A stretch of 64,000 bases of DNA from an uncultured Candidatus Saccharibacteria bacterium (GCA_964586635.1 CAZPGN010000003.1:8945-72944), one strand, 5' to 3'; counted from the stretch's first letter, positions 37,000-47,827 are shown. Notes: generated from the sequence alone by a model not told the origin. Numbers and translations are program-made.

Positions 37000-38582
37000 T
37001 GTTTTAATCTCTTGTACAATTCGAGCGTCCCGCCGTCTTCTCCTTTAGTATACTTACGAGGGTATACATTGTTCACGCTTGCGATGAGTTCGAACTCTTC
37101 GTCAAGAATGCCTCGGATCTCATCAGCCTTGCGGCGCCCATCAGGGTCGAGCGATCCCCAGAATGAACCACGCACGAATTGGAGATTCCAAAATTCCTTA
37201 TTCAGAGCGATGTAGTCGGCGCCAGAAAGAATCCATTCTTTCAGGAGTTCGTAATTATAAAAACGCAACTGCCGAGCACGCTCTGTATCCAAGAAGTGCA
37301 CATAGAAAAAGTCTCTGTTCACGAGCGGCGCGAGTATAGTCTTTCCCGCAAGGAACACATGAAAAAACGAATTATCGAAGGATAAAACCCTCGCGTCCGC
37401 TTCGGTGTGAGCTCGTATCAGCTCCGCGCCCCGCGATACTCGCAGAATATCCGACTCCTCTCGAGGACTCGAGAGCACATCCGACCGATACAGATTGCCA
37501 ACGGCGCCAAGCGCTATGGCTACACCGACCACTATTGCCGCAAACGGTCGATACTCGCCTACATAACGAGCGCATCCGACCATCGTCGTAAGCGCTACAA
37601 GAGGCATAAAATACGCCGCATATCCCACCTGTCCGATCGCACCCCAATAGAGATAGTGCGCCGCAAACAAACCTGTCGATAGCGCAACAAGGAGCGCATA
37701 CACATGTTCTTCCTGTATGAATTCTATGATTCTGCCCCACTGTTGCCGAACGATGAATGCAAGCACGGTGAAAAAGAGGACAAAAAACGCAAAGAATTCT
37801 CGCACGAGATCGACGAACACCTGCACATATTCGACAATGGCCTGTCCGCCAACAACAGCCGTTGCGGGGAGCGTTGCAAGAGGTCCAACTTTCACGAACG
37901 GGGCGAGGATGTGCGAAAACGCAAGCGATGGATTCTGATATACAAGGGGCGCATATCCGATGATAACCGTCACAGCAAGCGACGCGAGGAAGATCGCGCC
38001 GTCTCGCATACCTACACGCCGATACAGAAGATACCCGCCATATACCAAGATCGCGGGAAGCATGTTTATACGCGCGAGGAGCAAAAGACCCAATACCACA
38101 CCGGAATAGAGCGCCTTTTTTGAGCGACTCGTAGAGAGAGTTTCGACCCAAAAGGCAAGCGTGAGGAGCAGTGCCGTAAGCGAATAGAGCGTTCCCGATA
38201 CATAGTTTCCCATCAGAAATACATTCGACATGAGAAGCCATACGGCGCCGATACCCCACCATCTGCTATTGCCAAGTTTCTTTCCGACTATGTAAACAGA
38301 GGTAAGCATGAGCCCAAGAATTACTGTCGACACGATTCGAGCTAGATAGAGACTCGGTCCAGCCAAGATCTGCGGTATCCCGTATATCGGAATAAAAAGC
38401 GGCGGGTATTCGACCACAATATCCGTGAAAGGCACATATGTTCCGCTCGCAATGAGATACCCTTTGAACGAGTACAGCAACTCATCAAACCATGTCTCTC
38501 GAAAGAGAATGAGTATCACGACCTCCACAAGAAAGGCCGAAATTGTGGCTATAACGCTTGCCGTAAATGCCTTGTTTTTCAT
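36996..38582 (-). CDS. GT-C fold membrane glycosyltransferase (ArnT/PMT-like, polyprenyl-P-sugar dependent)
   Basis: 528 aa, about 11–13 TM helices in the N-terminal two-thirds and a soluble C-terminal domain. Confidence 0.55.
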   Translation of the reverse strand: MKNKAFTASVIATISAFLVEVVILILFRETWFDELLYSFKGYLIASGTYVPFTDIVVEYPPLFIPIYGIPQILAGPSLYLARIVSTVILGLMLTSVYIVGKKLGNSRWWGIGAVWLLMSNVFLMGNYVSGTLYSLTALLLTLAFWVETLSTSRSKKALYSGVVLGLLLLARINMLPAILVYGGYLLYRRVGMRDGAIFLASLAVTVIIGYAPLVYQNPSLAFSHILAPFVKVGPLATLPATAVVGGQAIVEYVQVFVDLVREFFAFFVLFFTVLAFIVRQQWGRIIEFIQEEHVYALLVALSTGLFAAHYLYWGAIGQVGYAAYFMPLVALTTMVGCARYVGEYRPFAAIVVGVAIALGAVGNLYRSDVLSSPREESDILRVSRGAELIRAHTEADARVLSFDNSFFHVFLAGKTILAPLVNRDFFYVHFLDTERARQLRFYNYELLKEWILSGADYIALNKEFWNLQFVRGSFWGSLDPDGRRKADEIRGILDEEFELIASVNNVYPRKYTKGEDGGTLELYKRLKQ

Positions 38583-38600
38583 CGCAGAGCCAGTATAGAT

Positions 38601-39722
38601 TTATCGCCTGAATATATCCAGCATGCGCTCCGTATATTGCCCCCAAGAGATATTCTCTTCCACGAATTTCCGCCCGGCCTTCGAGAGAGTCGGAGTAAGC
38701 TCGGGTTTGTTGAAGAGCTGTTCGATGGCGGCGGCTATTTCAGACGGAGACTTTGGCGAGACAAGCAGTGCGTTTTCGCCATCCGTTAGCACCTCGCTCG
38801 CCCCCGCCGTTCTCGACACTATAACCGGCATTCCCGATGCCATAGCTTCAAAAACGGCAATGCCCCAACTCTGCAGGTGCGAAGGAAAGACGAACACATC
38901 ATGACCCGCATATGCACCAAGCAGTTCTTTGCCAGACACTGCTCCAAGCAATGTCACCGTATTCTCTAAATGAAGCGATGCGATGAGTGAAACAAGTCGC
39001 TCCTTATATCGAAGATCCGCATCGCCGCCAACGATCGAGAGGGTCATATCATACCCCTTGCTCTTCAGTATATTCACTGCCACGATGAGGTCCTCAAACC
39101 TGCGATGCGCAAACAAAATGCCAACCGCAAGCGCCTTCAACGGACGCTCCCTGCGCAGAGCGCGCAGAGTAAATGGGAACTCCGTGACACAGATGCCGCT
39201 TCTCACGACTTCCGCTTCTTTCCTATAATACTGCATCACCCACGCACGGTCTCGTTCATCGAGCACCACGATATCGTCCTGCGGCGCTATGAAGAGAGCG
39301 CGTTCGCGCCAGTCAAGCAGACGATATGCAAAGACCTTCACGCGCGATGCCATGATGCTTTGGTCAACTTCTCTTGCGCGTAAATACGACGGGTACCTCG
39401 TCGCCATATCATTCATCATCCAAATGCTTCGTACATGAGGATGCGCCTTTTTGTATAATGCCGCAGTTCGGTACACTTCTTCTCCATGCGGATTGACAAC
39501 CTCAGTTCCATTTTCGATGCGGGACGCAAGCTCTCTCTCGCCGTATTGTTCAATAACCCGCATTCCGTAGAGAAGCTCCTCATAACAATTAGCTTTATCG
39601 TAAATAAATGTATATAGGGTTACGGCATGGCCCCGCTCTATGAGACAGCGCGCAAGCCACAACGCCTGGCGTTGTGCGCCGCCCCTGACATTCAACCTTC
39701 GGATAAGAATGGCTATCTTCAT
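38601..39722 (-). CDS. Glycosyltransferase family 4
   Basis: VFVFPSHLQSWGIAVFEAMASGMPVIVS (EX7E motif). Confidence 0.75.
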   Translation of the reverse strand: MKIAILIRRLNVRGGAQRQALWLARCLIERGHAVTLYTFIYDKANCYEELLYGMRVIEQYGERELASRIENGTEVVNPHGEEVYRTAALYKKAHPHVRSIWMMNDMATRYPSYLRAREVDQSIMASRVKVFAYRLLDWRERALFIAPQDDIVVLDERDRAWVMQYYRKEAEVVRSGICVTEFPFTLRALRRERPLKALAVGILFAHRRFEDLIVAVNILKSKGYDMTLSIVGGDADLRYKERLVSLIASLHLENTVTLLGAVSGKELLGAYAGHDVFVFPSHLQSWGIAVFEAMASGMPVIVSRTAGASEVLTDGENALLVSPKSPSEIAAAIEQLFNKPELTPTLSKAGRKFVEENISWGQYTERMLDIFRR

Positions 39723-39725
39723 AGT

Positions 39726-40346
39726 TCATTTCTTTCTGGCAACAACGTGGAAGCTGTAATACTCATCATGCTCTTTTCTGCCGTCGATGCTCTCGGCGCC
39801 GCATTTTTTGAGAAATTCGCTCACTACATCAAATGATGGAGACCATTTATGCTGGCGGCCATAAACTTCATTAGGACGCCACATGACCATGTCTCGATGC
39901 GGTAGATATAGGAAGAGCGCTCCACCCGTTTTTAGCTTTCTCATCCAAAGCCGCAGAGCTTCCTGCCAATGGTCAAGATGCTCCAAACAGTGTGAGCTGA
40001 ATACGTAATCAAGCGAACCGTCGGCAAAACGGTCAAGACAATACGCATTCTCGTTCGAAGCGTTCTCTATTGGCACGGCGCCTGGCAGTGGCCAGGCTCC
40101 TGCGCCGATATCGAGGCCATCTCCTGTGCAGTATTTTGCGGCAAGCGGATACACATATGTCATCGCTTTTTTGTGGAATAGATGTTCGGGATAGAGCTCC
40201 CCCTTGTATTGCCGAAACCATTCTCCGCCTAGATTCACCCATCGAACTAGCATGCGCTCGCGGACTGCATCAAACACGCGACGGAAGGATTGTCTCGGTT
40301 CAACAAGGATTCTTCGTATTTTTATTAAGTATTTCATATGAGGCAT
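39726..40346 (-). CDS. Class I SAM-dependent methyltransferase
   Basis: GLDIGAGAW motif I; 206 aa. Confidence 0.6.
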   Translation of the reverse strand: MPHMKYLIKIRRILVEPRQSFRRVFDAVRERMLVRWVNLGGEWFRQYKGELYPEHLFHKKAMTYVYPLAAKYCTGDGLDIGAGAWPLPGAVPIENASNENAYCLDRFADGSLDYVFSSHCLEHLDHWQEALRLWMRKLKTGGALFLYLPHRDMVMWRPNEVYGRQHKWSPSFDVVSEFLKKCGAESIDGRKEHDEYYSFHVVARKK

Positions 40347-41485
40347 CTTTCCCGTTTCTCGATTTCTGATACGGCGTAGAGCACCATCGGGACCGTAATG
40401 CGCGAAAGCGACATCGCATGGTCTTCTGGACTTCCACGATCCTTAAAAACAAAACTTGATGGATAAAAAGGCGCAGGCGGCGTTACGCAGGCGCTACGCG
40501 CATCATGCGGCGGCTGTTCCCATGGATCTACAGGACCCGTAATGTCAATAAGCGGTGTTCCAACCGCATGGGCGATATAAATAGGACCCGTATCGACCGC
40601 AATGTATACATTGAGCGATTCAATGAGCACGCCCAAATACTCAAGCGGCCATCCGACCGCCTCGATGTTTCGGGGAGTGCCCGACGCCGCCTGCGCCGCT
40701 TTAGTAATTCTTTCTCTGTCTGCCGCAGTCCCAATCCACACTATCCGAACGGCCTCATTTTTGAGAAGAGCTCGCGCCAATTCGATGAACCTGTTGTCGC
40801 CCCACTCCTTTATCTTATTACCCGCTGTGAGACTTATACCGACCAATCTGTCTCCGTTCGCAACCCCATTGTCGCGCATAAATTGAGATACGCGCGCGCG
40901 CTGGTCGGCTGTTATACCGACGACTTCACGCAAAGAGGCATCCGCAATGCCAAGCGAAGATAGCATTGACAGATAGTGTCTTGGCGCCGACCGATGGTCG
41001 CGATATAGACAACATTCGGTATTCACCATATCGGTGAGCGCTTCCGCAAGCGGTCGTCCCTCTCGCACCAACTTCACTCGGTGCGGTATTTTCCCTGACG
41101 CCATTAGGAACGTAGAAAGCCATGTGCCGGAGAAGCTGAACGCGTGCGTAAATCTTTCACTCGCGATCTCTCTGATGACATCGCGAATGCCGCGCGCGCT
41201 GAACACAATGAGCTTATTTATGTCTGGATTATACTCGAGAACTCCACGCACTTTCGTCGTTGTTAATACGGCGATATACGCGGATGGGTAGCGTTGTCTA
41301 ACCGCGTGAATAGCCGGCGTCGAACAGACAATGTCGCCGATGCGAGTTAACTGCGGAATAAAGAGGACTCGGGGATTGTTGCGGCGCATAGCCGTGCGTC
41401 GTCTTCTCGCAGAATACAGCCACCAGGGAAGCCGCGGCAGCGAATATGCAAGAAATGAAAAGACTTGACTGCTGTATGGAAACAT
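40334..41485 (-). CDS. Glycosyltransferase family 9 (heptosyltransferase, RfaF/WaaC/WaaQ-like)
   Basis: RIGDIVCSTPAIHAV, IAVDTGPIYIAHAVGTPLI signature motifs. Confidence 0.7.
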   Translation of the reverse strand: MFPYSSQVFSFLAYSLPRLPWWLYSARRRRTAMRRNNPRVLFIPQLTRIGDIVCSTPAIHAVRQRYPSAYIAVLTTTKVRGVLEYNPDINKLIVFSARGIRDVIREIASERFTHAFSFSGTWLSTFLMASGKIPHRVKLVREGRPLAEALTDMVNTECCLYRDHRSAPRHYLSMLSSLGIADASLREVVGITADQRARVSQFMRDNGVANGDRLVGISLTAGNKIKEWGDNRFIELARALLKNEAVRIVWIGTAADRERITKAAQAASGTPRNIEAVGWPLEYLGVLIESLNVYIAVDTGPIYIAHAVGTPLIDITGPVDPWEQPPHDARSACVTPPAPFYPSSFVFKDRGSPEDHAMSLSRITVPMVLYAVSEIEKRERCLI

Positions 41486-41487
41486 AA

Positions 41488-42588
41488 TTATTCGGCGACC
41501 ACCGACCTGAGGATATGGTCCACGGCTTCGGCAGTCTTTCTCCAGCTGAACTCTTTCGCGCGCCGCGTTCCACGGCGCACAAGCTCCGTGCGCGCGGGAC
41601 CTTCCAGGGCGACTTTCTGCAGGGCGTTCGCAATTGCCCTAGGATCGAACGGGTCGACAGTTAGCGCCGCATCTCCCGCAATTTCGACAAGCGATGACCG
41701 GTCTGAAGTGACCACCGGTGTCCCGCATGCGAATGCTTCGAGGACAGGAAAACCGAAACCCTCAAGGAGACTTGGAAACGAAAGCGCTCCGGCTCGACTG
41801 TATGCCTCGCCGAGTTTATCGTCGGATATGTGGTCAAGCCATATCACGCGTCCTTCAAGTCCAGGCTCTTGCGCAAGAGCCTCGGCGCGTTTGGCATATT
41901 CGCCTGTTCGTCTACCCACAACGACTAGTTTATGGTTCGCGAACTTCGGCAGTTCTGAAAGAATGCGGAATGCGCGGAGCGTATTCATAAGGTTTTTGCG
42001 CTCCTTGATAACTCCGACTGACAGAATATAGTGTTGCGGCAGGTCCAGCAAATTCGCTCGCCCTTCCGAACCACCGCATAAATTTTTGAACCCTGGATAT
42101 ACAACATGCAGTTTTCTTTCCTCGACTGCCCCATAACGGAGAACTTCGCGAGCGCTTTCCCGAGATATAGCGATTATCGCATCAGCGCGAGAAAGCCCCC
42201 GACGGTGGCGTTCCATCAGAAACCGCGAGCGCATTCTCCCGAAAATCCCTCGCGCGGGAAAATGAATATAGGCAAAATCAAGCGCAAGCACCACTGAATG
42301 AGCAGGCCGCCACGATAGTGGAAGAACTGGCGTGTTGAAGAGGTACACATCCGACTTCTCACTGCATCGGAGTCCCCGCTCAAGCCACAACATCCCGCCC
42401 CCTAACACCTCAATGCGCCAGCGGTTGCCATGAAATCGTGGCCGCTCAATCGGCTCGTCTTTAAGATAAATTATGTACTCGTTCTCATTGTCCAGCCTCG
42501 TCAGTGCATCGGCAAGATCTACTATAATCCGCGCAAGGCCAGCCGGAGCCGACTCGCCGTATGGATGCAAAACGATGCCGATGCGCAT
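41488..42588 (-). CDS. Glycosyltransferase family 4
   Basis: FPSLLEGFGFPVLEAFACGTPVVTS motif. Confidence 0.75.
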   Translation of the reverse strand: MRIGIVLHPYGESAPAGLARIIVDLADALTRLDNENEYIIYLKDEPIERPRFHGNRWRIEVLGGGMLWLERGLRCSEKSDVYLFNTPVLPLSWRPAHSVVLALDFAYIHFPARGIFGRMRSRFLMERHRRGLSRADAIIAISRESAREVLRYGAVEERKLHVVYPGFKNLCGGSEGRANLLDLPQHYILSVGVIKERKNLMNTLRAFRILSELPKFANHKLVVVGRRTGEYAKRAEALAQEPGLEGRVIWLDHISDDKLGEAYSRAGALSFPSLLEGFGFPVLEAFACGTPVVTSDRSSLVEIAGDAALTVDPFDPRAIANALQKVALEGPARTELVRRGTRRAKEFSWRKTAEAVDHILRSVVAE

Positions 42589-42593
42589 GTGTG

Positions 42594-43196
42594 TTATTTT
42601 ATCGCTTCAAGCTCCCACGAAAGACATCGAACGGGATACAATAGCGAGAAATACTGGTCATAGAAATTCGGGAAACGATGAATTAGCGCTTTCGCCGCTC
42701 GCCGAATCGGATTGCTTGTACGAGATGGCCAACCATACCAAAAACCGCTCTTTTTAAACGAATACGGCACATACTGATATTCCGACAGATGTGTGCCGTC
42801 CAAAAAATACTCGAACGAACCGGAGGTAAAATAGTGTCGGTGAGTCGGATCAGTATGCGCATCGGTGCTTCTGAAGTATGGAACTTGAATGACCAACCTA
42901 CCGCCTGGCACAAGAACGCGATGGGCTTCCCCGAGAACGGCAAGCACATTATCCGAGTGTTCAAGAACATGATTCATGAGCACAACATCGAAAGCATTGT
43001 CTGCAAAAGGCCACGGCGCAATATTCATGTCGTGCACGACATCGGCATGTGAACCTCGAACAATATCCATACCTATTGAACCAGGGAGTTTCCTACTGCC
43101 GCAACCAACATCGAGCGCAGAAGGGTTGCCCGTCAGGGGGTTTTTAGTAAACCCGCCGCAGGTATAAATATCGAGCGTAAATAGTCGTTGATTCAT
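42594..43196 (-). CDS. Class I SAM-dependent methyltransferase
   Basis: LDVGCGSRKLPGSIGMDI motif I; 200 aa. Confidence 0.6.
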   Translation of the reverse strand: MNQRLFTLDIYTCGGFTKNPLTGNPSALDVGCGSRKLPGSIGMDIVRGSHADVVHDMNIAPWPFADNAFDVVLMNHVLEHSDNVLAVLGEAHRVLVPGGRLVIQVPYFRSTDAHTDPTHRHYFTSGSFEYFLDGTHLSEYQYVPYSFKKSGFWYGWPSRTSNPIRRAAKALIHRFPNFYDQYFSLLYPVRCLSWELEAIK

Positions 43197-44350
43197 TGTC
43201 GTATCATAACCCCACGCGACTCGATGAACGCGAGAATTCCCGCGGCGCGATTGCGCCAGGTATGGCGCAACCCGAGCTGAAGCGCGCGAGACATCCTCTC
43301 TTTTTGGGCCGACTCGCCGTCGAACATGGCTTCTTTCAAGGCCCGCACAAGGTCGTTCGGATTGTCGGGCTCATAATAGTACACTTCGCTGGTACTTACC
43401 AATTCTGCAATTGCGGGCGTCTCGCTCGCCACGATCGGACGATGCGAGACGAGATACTCAAAAAGCTTCATGGGAGAAGTTTGACGAAACGAGTAATCAT
43501 TAGCCGCAGTGCCAAGAAGAAGCAAAACATCTGCCGCGCCAAGCCACTCTACGATTTCCCTATAGGGCCGCTCGCCCGCACAAACAAGATTTTCGGGGAC
43601 ATCGCTTATTCCGGTAATACGGCGAAACTCTGCAATATCGCCACCAACAGCATACACTATCGTTTCTCGCCCTAATTGGCGAGCCGCCTCTGCCAATATA
43701 TCCAAGCCCTTCCATGCGTAGAATTTCCCGACATACACAACGACATGCGCGTTCGGAGAAATGGACAAGTTGCGGCGTGCAACGGGCCTCGACGACACCG
43801 CTCCAAGCGCATCGGTGTCGATGCCATTGGGACGCGCAATTATCTTCGATTCCTCGATCCGAAATGAATCCAAAAATCGCTTACGAATGTATTCATTGAT
43901 GACAATAATCCCGCGGGCGCGGTGCACAAAAAATCGTGTTAAAGTACGTGGTTTTTTTATGCCATGGCTCTCGAAAAAGTAAGGCACTCCAGAGAGAGAA
44001 AGCGGCAAAAATGAAAATTGATCCATGTCGATGGTGTACGCGAACGATCTCTCGCGAAGAATTCGCTTCCACAGAAGAAAGATGAGCGCCGATAATGCGA
44101 ACGAAACGGAAGCGATCCGGTACCCCATCTTTCCGTTATGGTACAAGTCGATAACCGGCAGGCGCCGTACCGAAACAGTTGGACGAAGACCATAAAACTC
44201 TTTCAGGGAGTCGGCGCTTCCGGCGCGCTGTGGCGTAACGAGCGTGAGGTCGATACCTGCCTCAACGAAGGCTTCGCACATTTTGGCTATTTGTATGCCG
44301 TGCGCGCGCTCGCTCGGCATCCTGGCATTTGCGATATAATACATTTTCAT
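43193..44350 (-). CDS. Glycosyltransferase family 4
   Basis: GT-B architecture, ...KLFEYLVSHRPIVAS motif. Confidence 0.65.
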   Translation of the reverse strand: MKMYYIANARMPSERAHGIQIAKMCEAFVEAGIDLTLVTPQRAGSADSLKEFYGLRPTVSVRRLPVIDLYHNGKMGYRIASVSFALSALIFLLWKRILRERSFAYTIDMDQFSFLPLSLSGVPYFFESHGIKKPRTLTRFFVHRARGIIVINEYIRKRFLDSFRIEESKIIARPNGIDTDALGAVSSRPVARRNLSISPNAHVVVYVGKFYAWKGLDILAEAARQLGRETIVYAVGGDIAEFRRITGISDVPENLVCAGERPYREIVEWLGAADVLLLLGTAANDYSFRQTSPMKLFEYLVSHRPIVASETPAIAELVSTSEVYYYEPDNPNDLVRALKEAMFDGESAQKERMSRALQLGLRHTWRNRAAGILAFIESRGVMIRQ

Positions 44351-44359
44351 ACTCCAGAA

Positions 44360-45448
44360 TCATTCACCTCGCATCACTCCAAGAAATCGCCGCAGGACTT
44401 CTTCCTTGTTATAGCGAACAATGTGACGAAGCCCCTCTGCTCTTAATTTTTTTGCGAACGAACGATCGGTGAGTATTCTTACGCAGGCTTCGGCGAACGC
44501 CGCAGTATCTTCGCTTTTGACAAGACAGTCTTTTGCCGCAACGGGGATGATGTCTCGAACACCGCCTAAATCTGTAGCGACGAATGGCACACCCGCCGCC
44601 ATTGATTCAAGCAATACATGCGAAAAGCCTTCCTCCCGGGAGGGCATGATAAAAAGAGACGCCTCTCTAAATAATTGCGGTATCCTGTATTGCGGTACTG
44701 CTCCATGCAGTGTGACGCGATCGGAAATACCTCCCCGCTCAAGTTCGCGACGCAGCGACTCTTCAAGCGGGCCAGATCCGGCAACATGGAAAGATAGTGT
44801 GCTGTTTGACGGCAACTGTCTAATGATACGGAGCGCGATATCTGGAATGAGGTCAGCGCCTTTTCTTGCTGAAAGATGGTGCACGAAAAGCACTTTCTGC
44901 GACTCTCTGCGAGTATTCGCGTCAATACGAAACCGCTCGGCATCGATCCAGTTCGGAATAATACGGATCTTTCCCGGCGAAATGCCGAAGTGACGGGAAT
45001 ATAATGAAGCCATCGTTTCTGTGCCTGTCACCAGATAGTGCGTGGCGAATAGAACTACGCGAAGTCCAAATTGATTCCCAAAAAGCCACGGCATGCCGCA
45101 ATTCCAGTAATAGGATACGCCTTTGCATATGCGGGCAACGATCCCGCTTGCCAACCCGCCGCTATATGAATAGTGCGTATAGAAAACTCGATATCCCGCG
45201 GTGCATGCGCGAAAAAGAACGGCAAGCATGCGCAGGAATCGGAACGGCAACAATCCTCCGCCTAATGCAACAACAACCGTACAGTTCGGGAACGCGTCCT
45301 TTGGCACACCGCCCTTTTCAACGACAAGATACACATCGGCCGCACGCGAGAGTGTGCGCACAAATTCGTACAAATGAAAAAAGTGCGTATCGGTGTCGGC
45401 GCGATACTCCGGGAGGACATAACAGAGCTTCATCTTACTGCTTGACAT
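44360..45448 (-). CDS. Glycosyltransferase family 4
   Basis: FIMPSREEGFSHVLLESMAAGVPFVATD motif. Confidence 0.7.
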   Translation of the reverse strand: MSSSKMKLCYVLPEYRADTDTHFFHLYEFVRTLSRAADVYLVVEKGGVPKDAFPNCTVVVALGGGLLPFRFLRMLAVLFRACTAGYRVFYTHYSYSGGLASGIVARICKGVSYYWNCGMPWLFGNQFGLRVVLFATHYLVTGTETMASLYSRHFGISPGKIRIIPNWIDAERFRIDANTRRESQKVLFVHHLSARKGADLIPDIALRIIRQLPSNSTLSFHVAGSGPLEESLRRELERGGISDRVTLHGAVPQYRIPQLFREASLFIMPSREEGFSHVLLESMAAGVPFVATDLGGVRDIIPVAAKDCLVKSEDTAAFAEACVRILTDRSFAKKLRAEGLRHIVRYNKEEVLRRFLGVMRGE

Positions 45449-45623
45449 ATAGCAATCGGCAACTGTTTATCGCCTCCCCGCCTTCGAATCGCTTGCACTT
45501 CTCTAATTCCGCAACCAGCCGTGTCTTTTTTAAGGTGACCGGCACAACCTTCTCTCGTATTTGTAACGCACGCGAAAGCATATCAGGTGACATATTAATA
45601 TTTGACGATAAACTTTTTGAGAT

Positions 45624-46766
45624 TTATGCGCCTCGGCATGTGCGCCAATGTTCAGTAATTCGGCGTTCATAGTCGACCGATGAAAGAGCCTCTCTGACTA
45701 CTGGCTTTTCCGGATTCTCGAGAAATTTTGTGAGACATAGAACTGCGCCAGTAAGGTCATCTTGCGGATACACGCAGACGCCGGCACCAAAAAGCGATGT
45801 TCCAACACAACCGACATCGGTGGTCGCGATCGCAAGACCAGCACGCGCCGCATCAATGAGCGACATTCCGTACCCTTCGTATCGCGAGGATGAGAAATAT
45901 GTATTTGAAAGCGCGTAATAAGGTTGAAGGTTTTGCTCCCAGCCGACGAATTCGACAGCATTATCGATGCCAAGCTTCACTGCTTCGCGCCGCAAGACAT
46001 CTTTACAGATACCATCGCCGACAATGCAATAACCAACTCGAGGATACTTTGCGTGGAAAACCGCAAATGCGCGAAGCGCAAACAATAAATTCTTCTCTGG
46101 AGCCAGTCGAGAAACCGTAAGCACGACATGCTCGAATCTTGCAAGTATGGTTTTTACGCGCTGAATCTCTTCTCTTTCTGGGGCGGCGCCACGAGGAGAT
46201 GCGATTGGCAACACGGCTATGCGCCGAGCCGGCACATTGAGCTCCCGAACAATCGAATCCCTAATGCGCGGAGAAACTACTCGTATGCATTCTGCTTTGT
46301 TAAGCGCACGCCTCGCCAGCCAGACACGCGCCCGGTTTTTTAAAGATTCGCTCCTAAAGTAGGGGCTGAACAAATCTGTATGTACCTGCAGTTCAAGCGC
46401 CGCACCGAAATATTTTGAGAGGCGCGCGGCAGAAATTCCCGTCTCAAACGGATCCTGCGAAGTCACTATGTCCGGCCTCGGTAGGCCCCTGCCAATGCGA
46501 TATGCATCGCGCGCGCGCAAGAGACTATTCCACGATGCCGTCTTATATGCAGATACTTTATCCGAAATTACAACTCTCTCTCCCGCGCCTCCGACTGAAA
46601 GCACCACAATGTCGAGGCGGTCGACTAAGGCTCCGTATGCTTTCATACGGAGGAATGCCGCGCTTCCACGCTCGCATATTCTTTGATCGGAGCTCAACAT
46701 GAGGACATTCATAAGCCATGTGCTTCTCTGATGACCCGCAGATTCTCGCTTATTACGCCATCCCAT
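45624..46766 (-). CDS. Glycosyltransferase family 4
   Basis: FSSSRYEGYGMSLIDAARAGLAIATTD motif. The start may be the internal M (MNVLMLSS). Confidence 0.65.
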   Translation of the reverse strand: MGWRNKRESAGHQRSTWLMNVLMLSSDQRICERGSAAFLRMKAYGALVDRLDIVVLSVGGAGERVVISDKVSAYKTASWNSLLRARDAYRIGRGLPRPDIVTSQDPFETGISAARLSKYFGAALELQVHTDLFSPYFRSESLKNRARVWLARRALNKAECIRVVSPRIRDSIVRELNVPARRIAVLPIASPRGAAPEREEIQRVKTILARFEHVVLTVSRLAPEKNLLFALRAFAVFHAKYPRVGYCIVGDGICKDVLRREAVKLGIDNAVEFVGWEQNLQPYYALSNTYFSSSRYEGYGMSLIDAARAGLAIATTDVGCVGTSLFGAGVCVYPQDDLTGAVLCLTKFLENPEKPVVREALSSVDYERRITEHWRTCRGA

Positions 46767-47827
46767 GTCAATATCGCGGCGGCAGGAGGAAGACGGGATG
46801 GTTTTTTCCCGAGAGAGAGAAGCAGGGCGCGCGCCATATCTGACACCGAGAGTGGGTCAAAGAGTTCTGCATCTCCAGCCTGGAGCGGCAGTCCATTCTC
46901 TCGACTCACAGCAATTGAGGTTCCGACCGAGAGGCACTCCATTATGTAATTTGGGTGGAACTCGGTAATTGCGGGTGCGACGCAGACACGCGCCTTTTTC
47001 ATGAACAGCAGTAGCTTCTCTTGCGGCAGAGGCCTCACGATCCGAACTGCTCCCGACAGGCCCGATAACCGCACGGTCTCGCTTAACCGCTTCAAGAAAG
47101 GACCCTCTCCGATAAGCAATAGAATCGTTGCGGTATCGTGACGGTGCACTTCGCGGAAAGCCGCAATGAGTCGTTCGAGATTTTTATACCCAACAAATCT
47201 GCTAGCATAGAGGATTATCTTTTTCGCGGGGCGTCTTACGCCGGAAGTGCCGCTACGATGAGATATATCCGGCATCGGATTGTGTATTATCGTTATACGA
47301 CTTGACGGTATCCCATAATATTGCAGGTATATGGAGCGAAGCATTGGAGCAACAACTATGATCTTCCTAGCCCTCCGCAAAACGAATGCACTTATACGAT
47401 AGGTAAGCGAACGACGAAAGAGACCATCCGCATAATACCTGGAGAGAGGAATATCGGCGGCGCGATTTTCTGCAAAACGCTCCCATGCAACATCACCGCC
47501 AATACGAACAATGAGCGGAACATGAAGAATCCTACTCGCAAGGAGAGCAGGCAACCCAGAGCCGAGGGCGTCAAGCGCATAGATGACCGACGCGCCGCGC
47601 GCGATCACGAGGAGACGAAAAAAGTATGCAATGTGGCGGATCCCGTATGGCATCCGCATTGATATGAAATAGACAACCTCGTCCTTTTTCCCTTCCCGCC
47701 CTCTACCATATGACAAAACGCGAGTTTGAATGCCGCGCTCCGAAAAACCCTCCGCATATTTCTTCGCGTGGGTCGCTTGTCCACCCACAGAAGGTGGATA
47801 TATTGAAGTGGCGATAACTATGTTCAT
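46709..47827 (-). CDS. Glycosyltransferase family 4
   Basis: MNIVIATSIYPPSVGGQATHA start; CVAPAITEFHPNYIMECLSVGTSIAVS motif. Confidence 0.65.
   Translation of the reverse strand: MNIVIATSIYPPSVGGQATHAKKYAEGFSERGIQTRVLSYGRGREGKKDEVVYFISMRMPYGIRHIAYFFRLLVIARGASVIYALDALGSGLPALLASRILHVPLIVRIGGDVAWERFAENRAADIPLSRYYADGLFRRSLTYRISAFVLRRARKIIVVAPMLRSIYLQYYGIPSSRITIIHNPMPDISHRSGTSGVRRPAKKIILYASRFVGYKNLERLIAAFREVHRHDTATILLLIGEGPFLKRLSETVRLSGLSGAVRIVRPLPQEKLLLFMKKARVCVAPAITEFHPNYIMECLSVGTSIAVSRENGLPLQAGDAELFDPLSVSDMARALLLSLGKKPSRLPPAAAILTWDGVISENLRVIREAHGL

Noticed and set aside
37372-38262. 296-aa minus-strand ORF, Cys/Arg-rich, nested inside the GT-C membrane protein gene in another frame
   Set aside because: Low-complexity R/C/G-rich translation typical of an alternative frame in GC-rich coding DNA. 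The overlapping 528-aa ORF has a coherent multi-TM architecture.
45449-45623. 175-bp intergenic gap between two GT4 genes, examined for an ncRNA or tRNA
   Set aside because: No cloverleaf or conserved-motif structure was evident. Most likely an internal promoter or terminator region of the glycosyltransferase operon.
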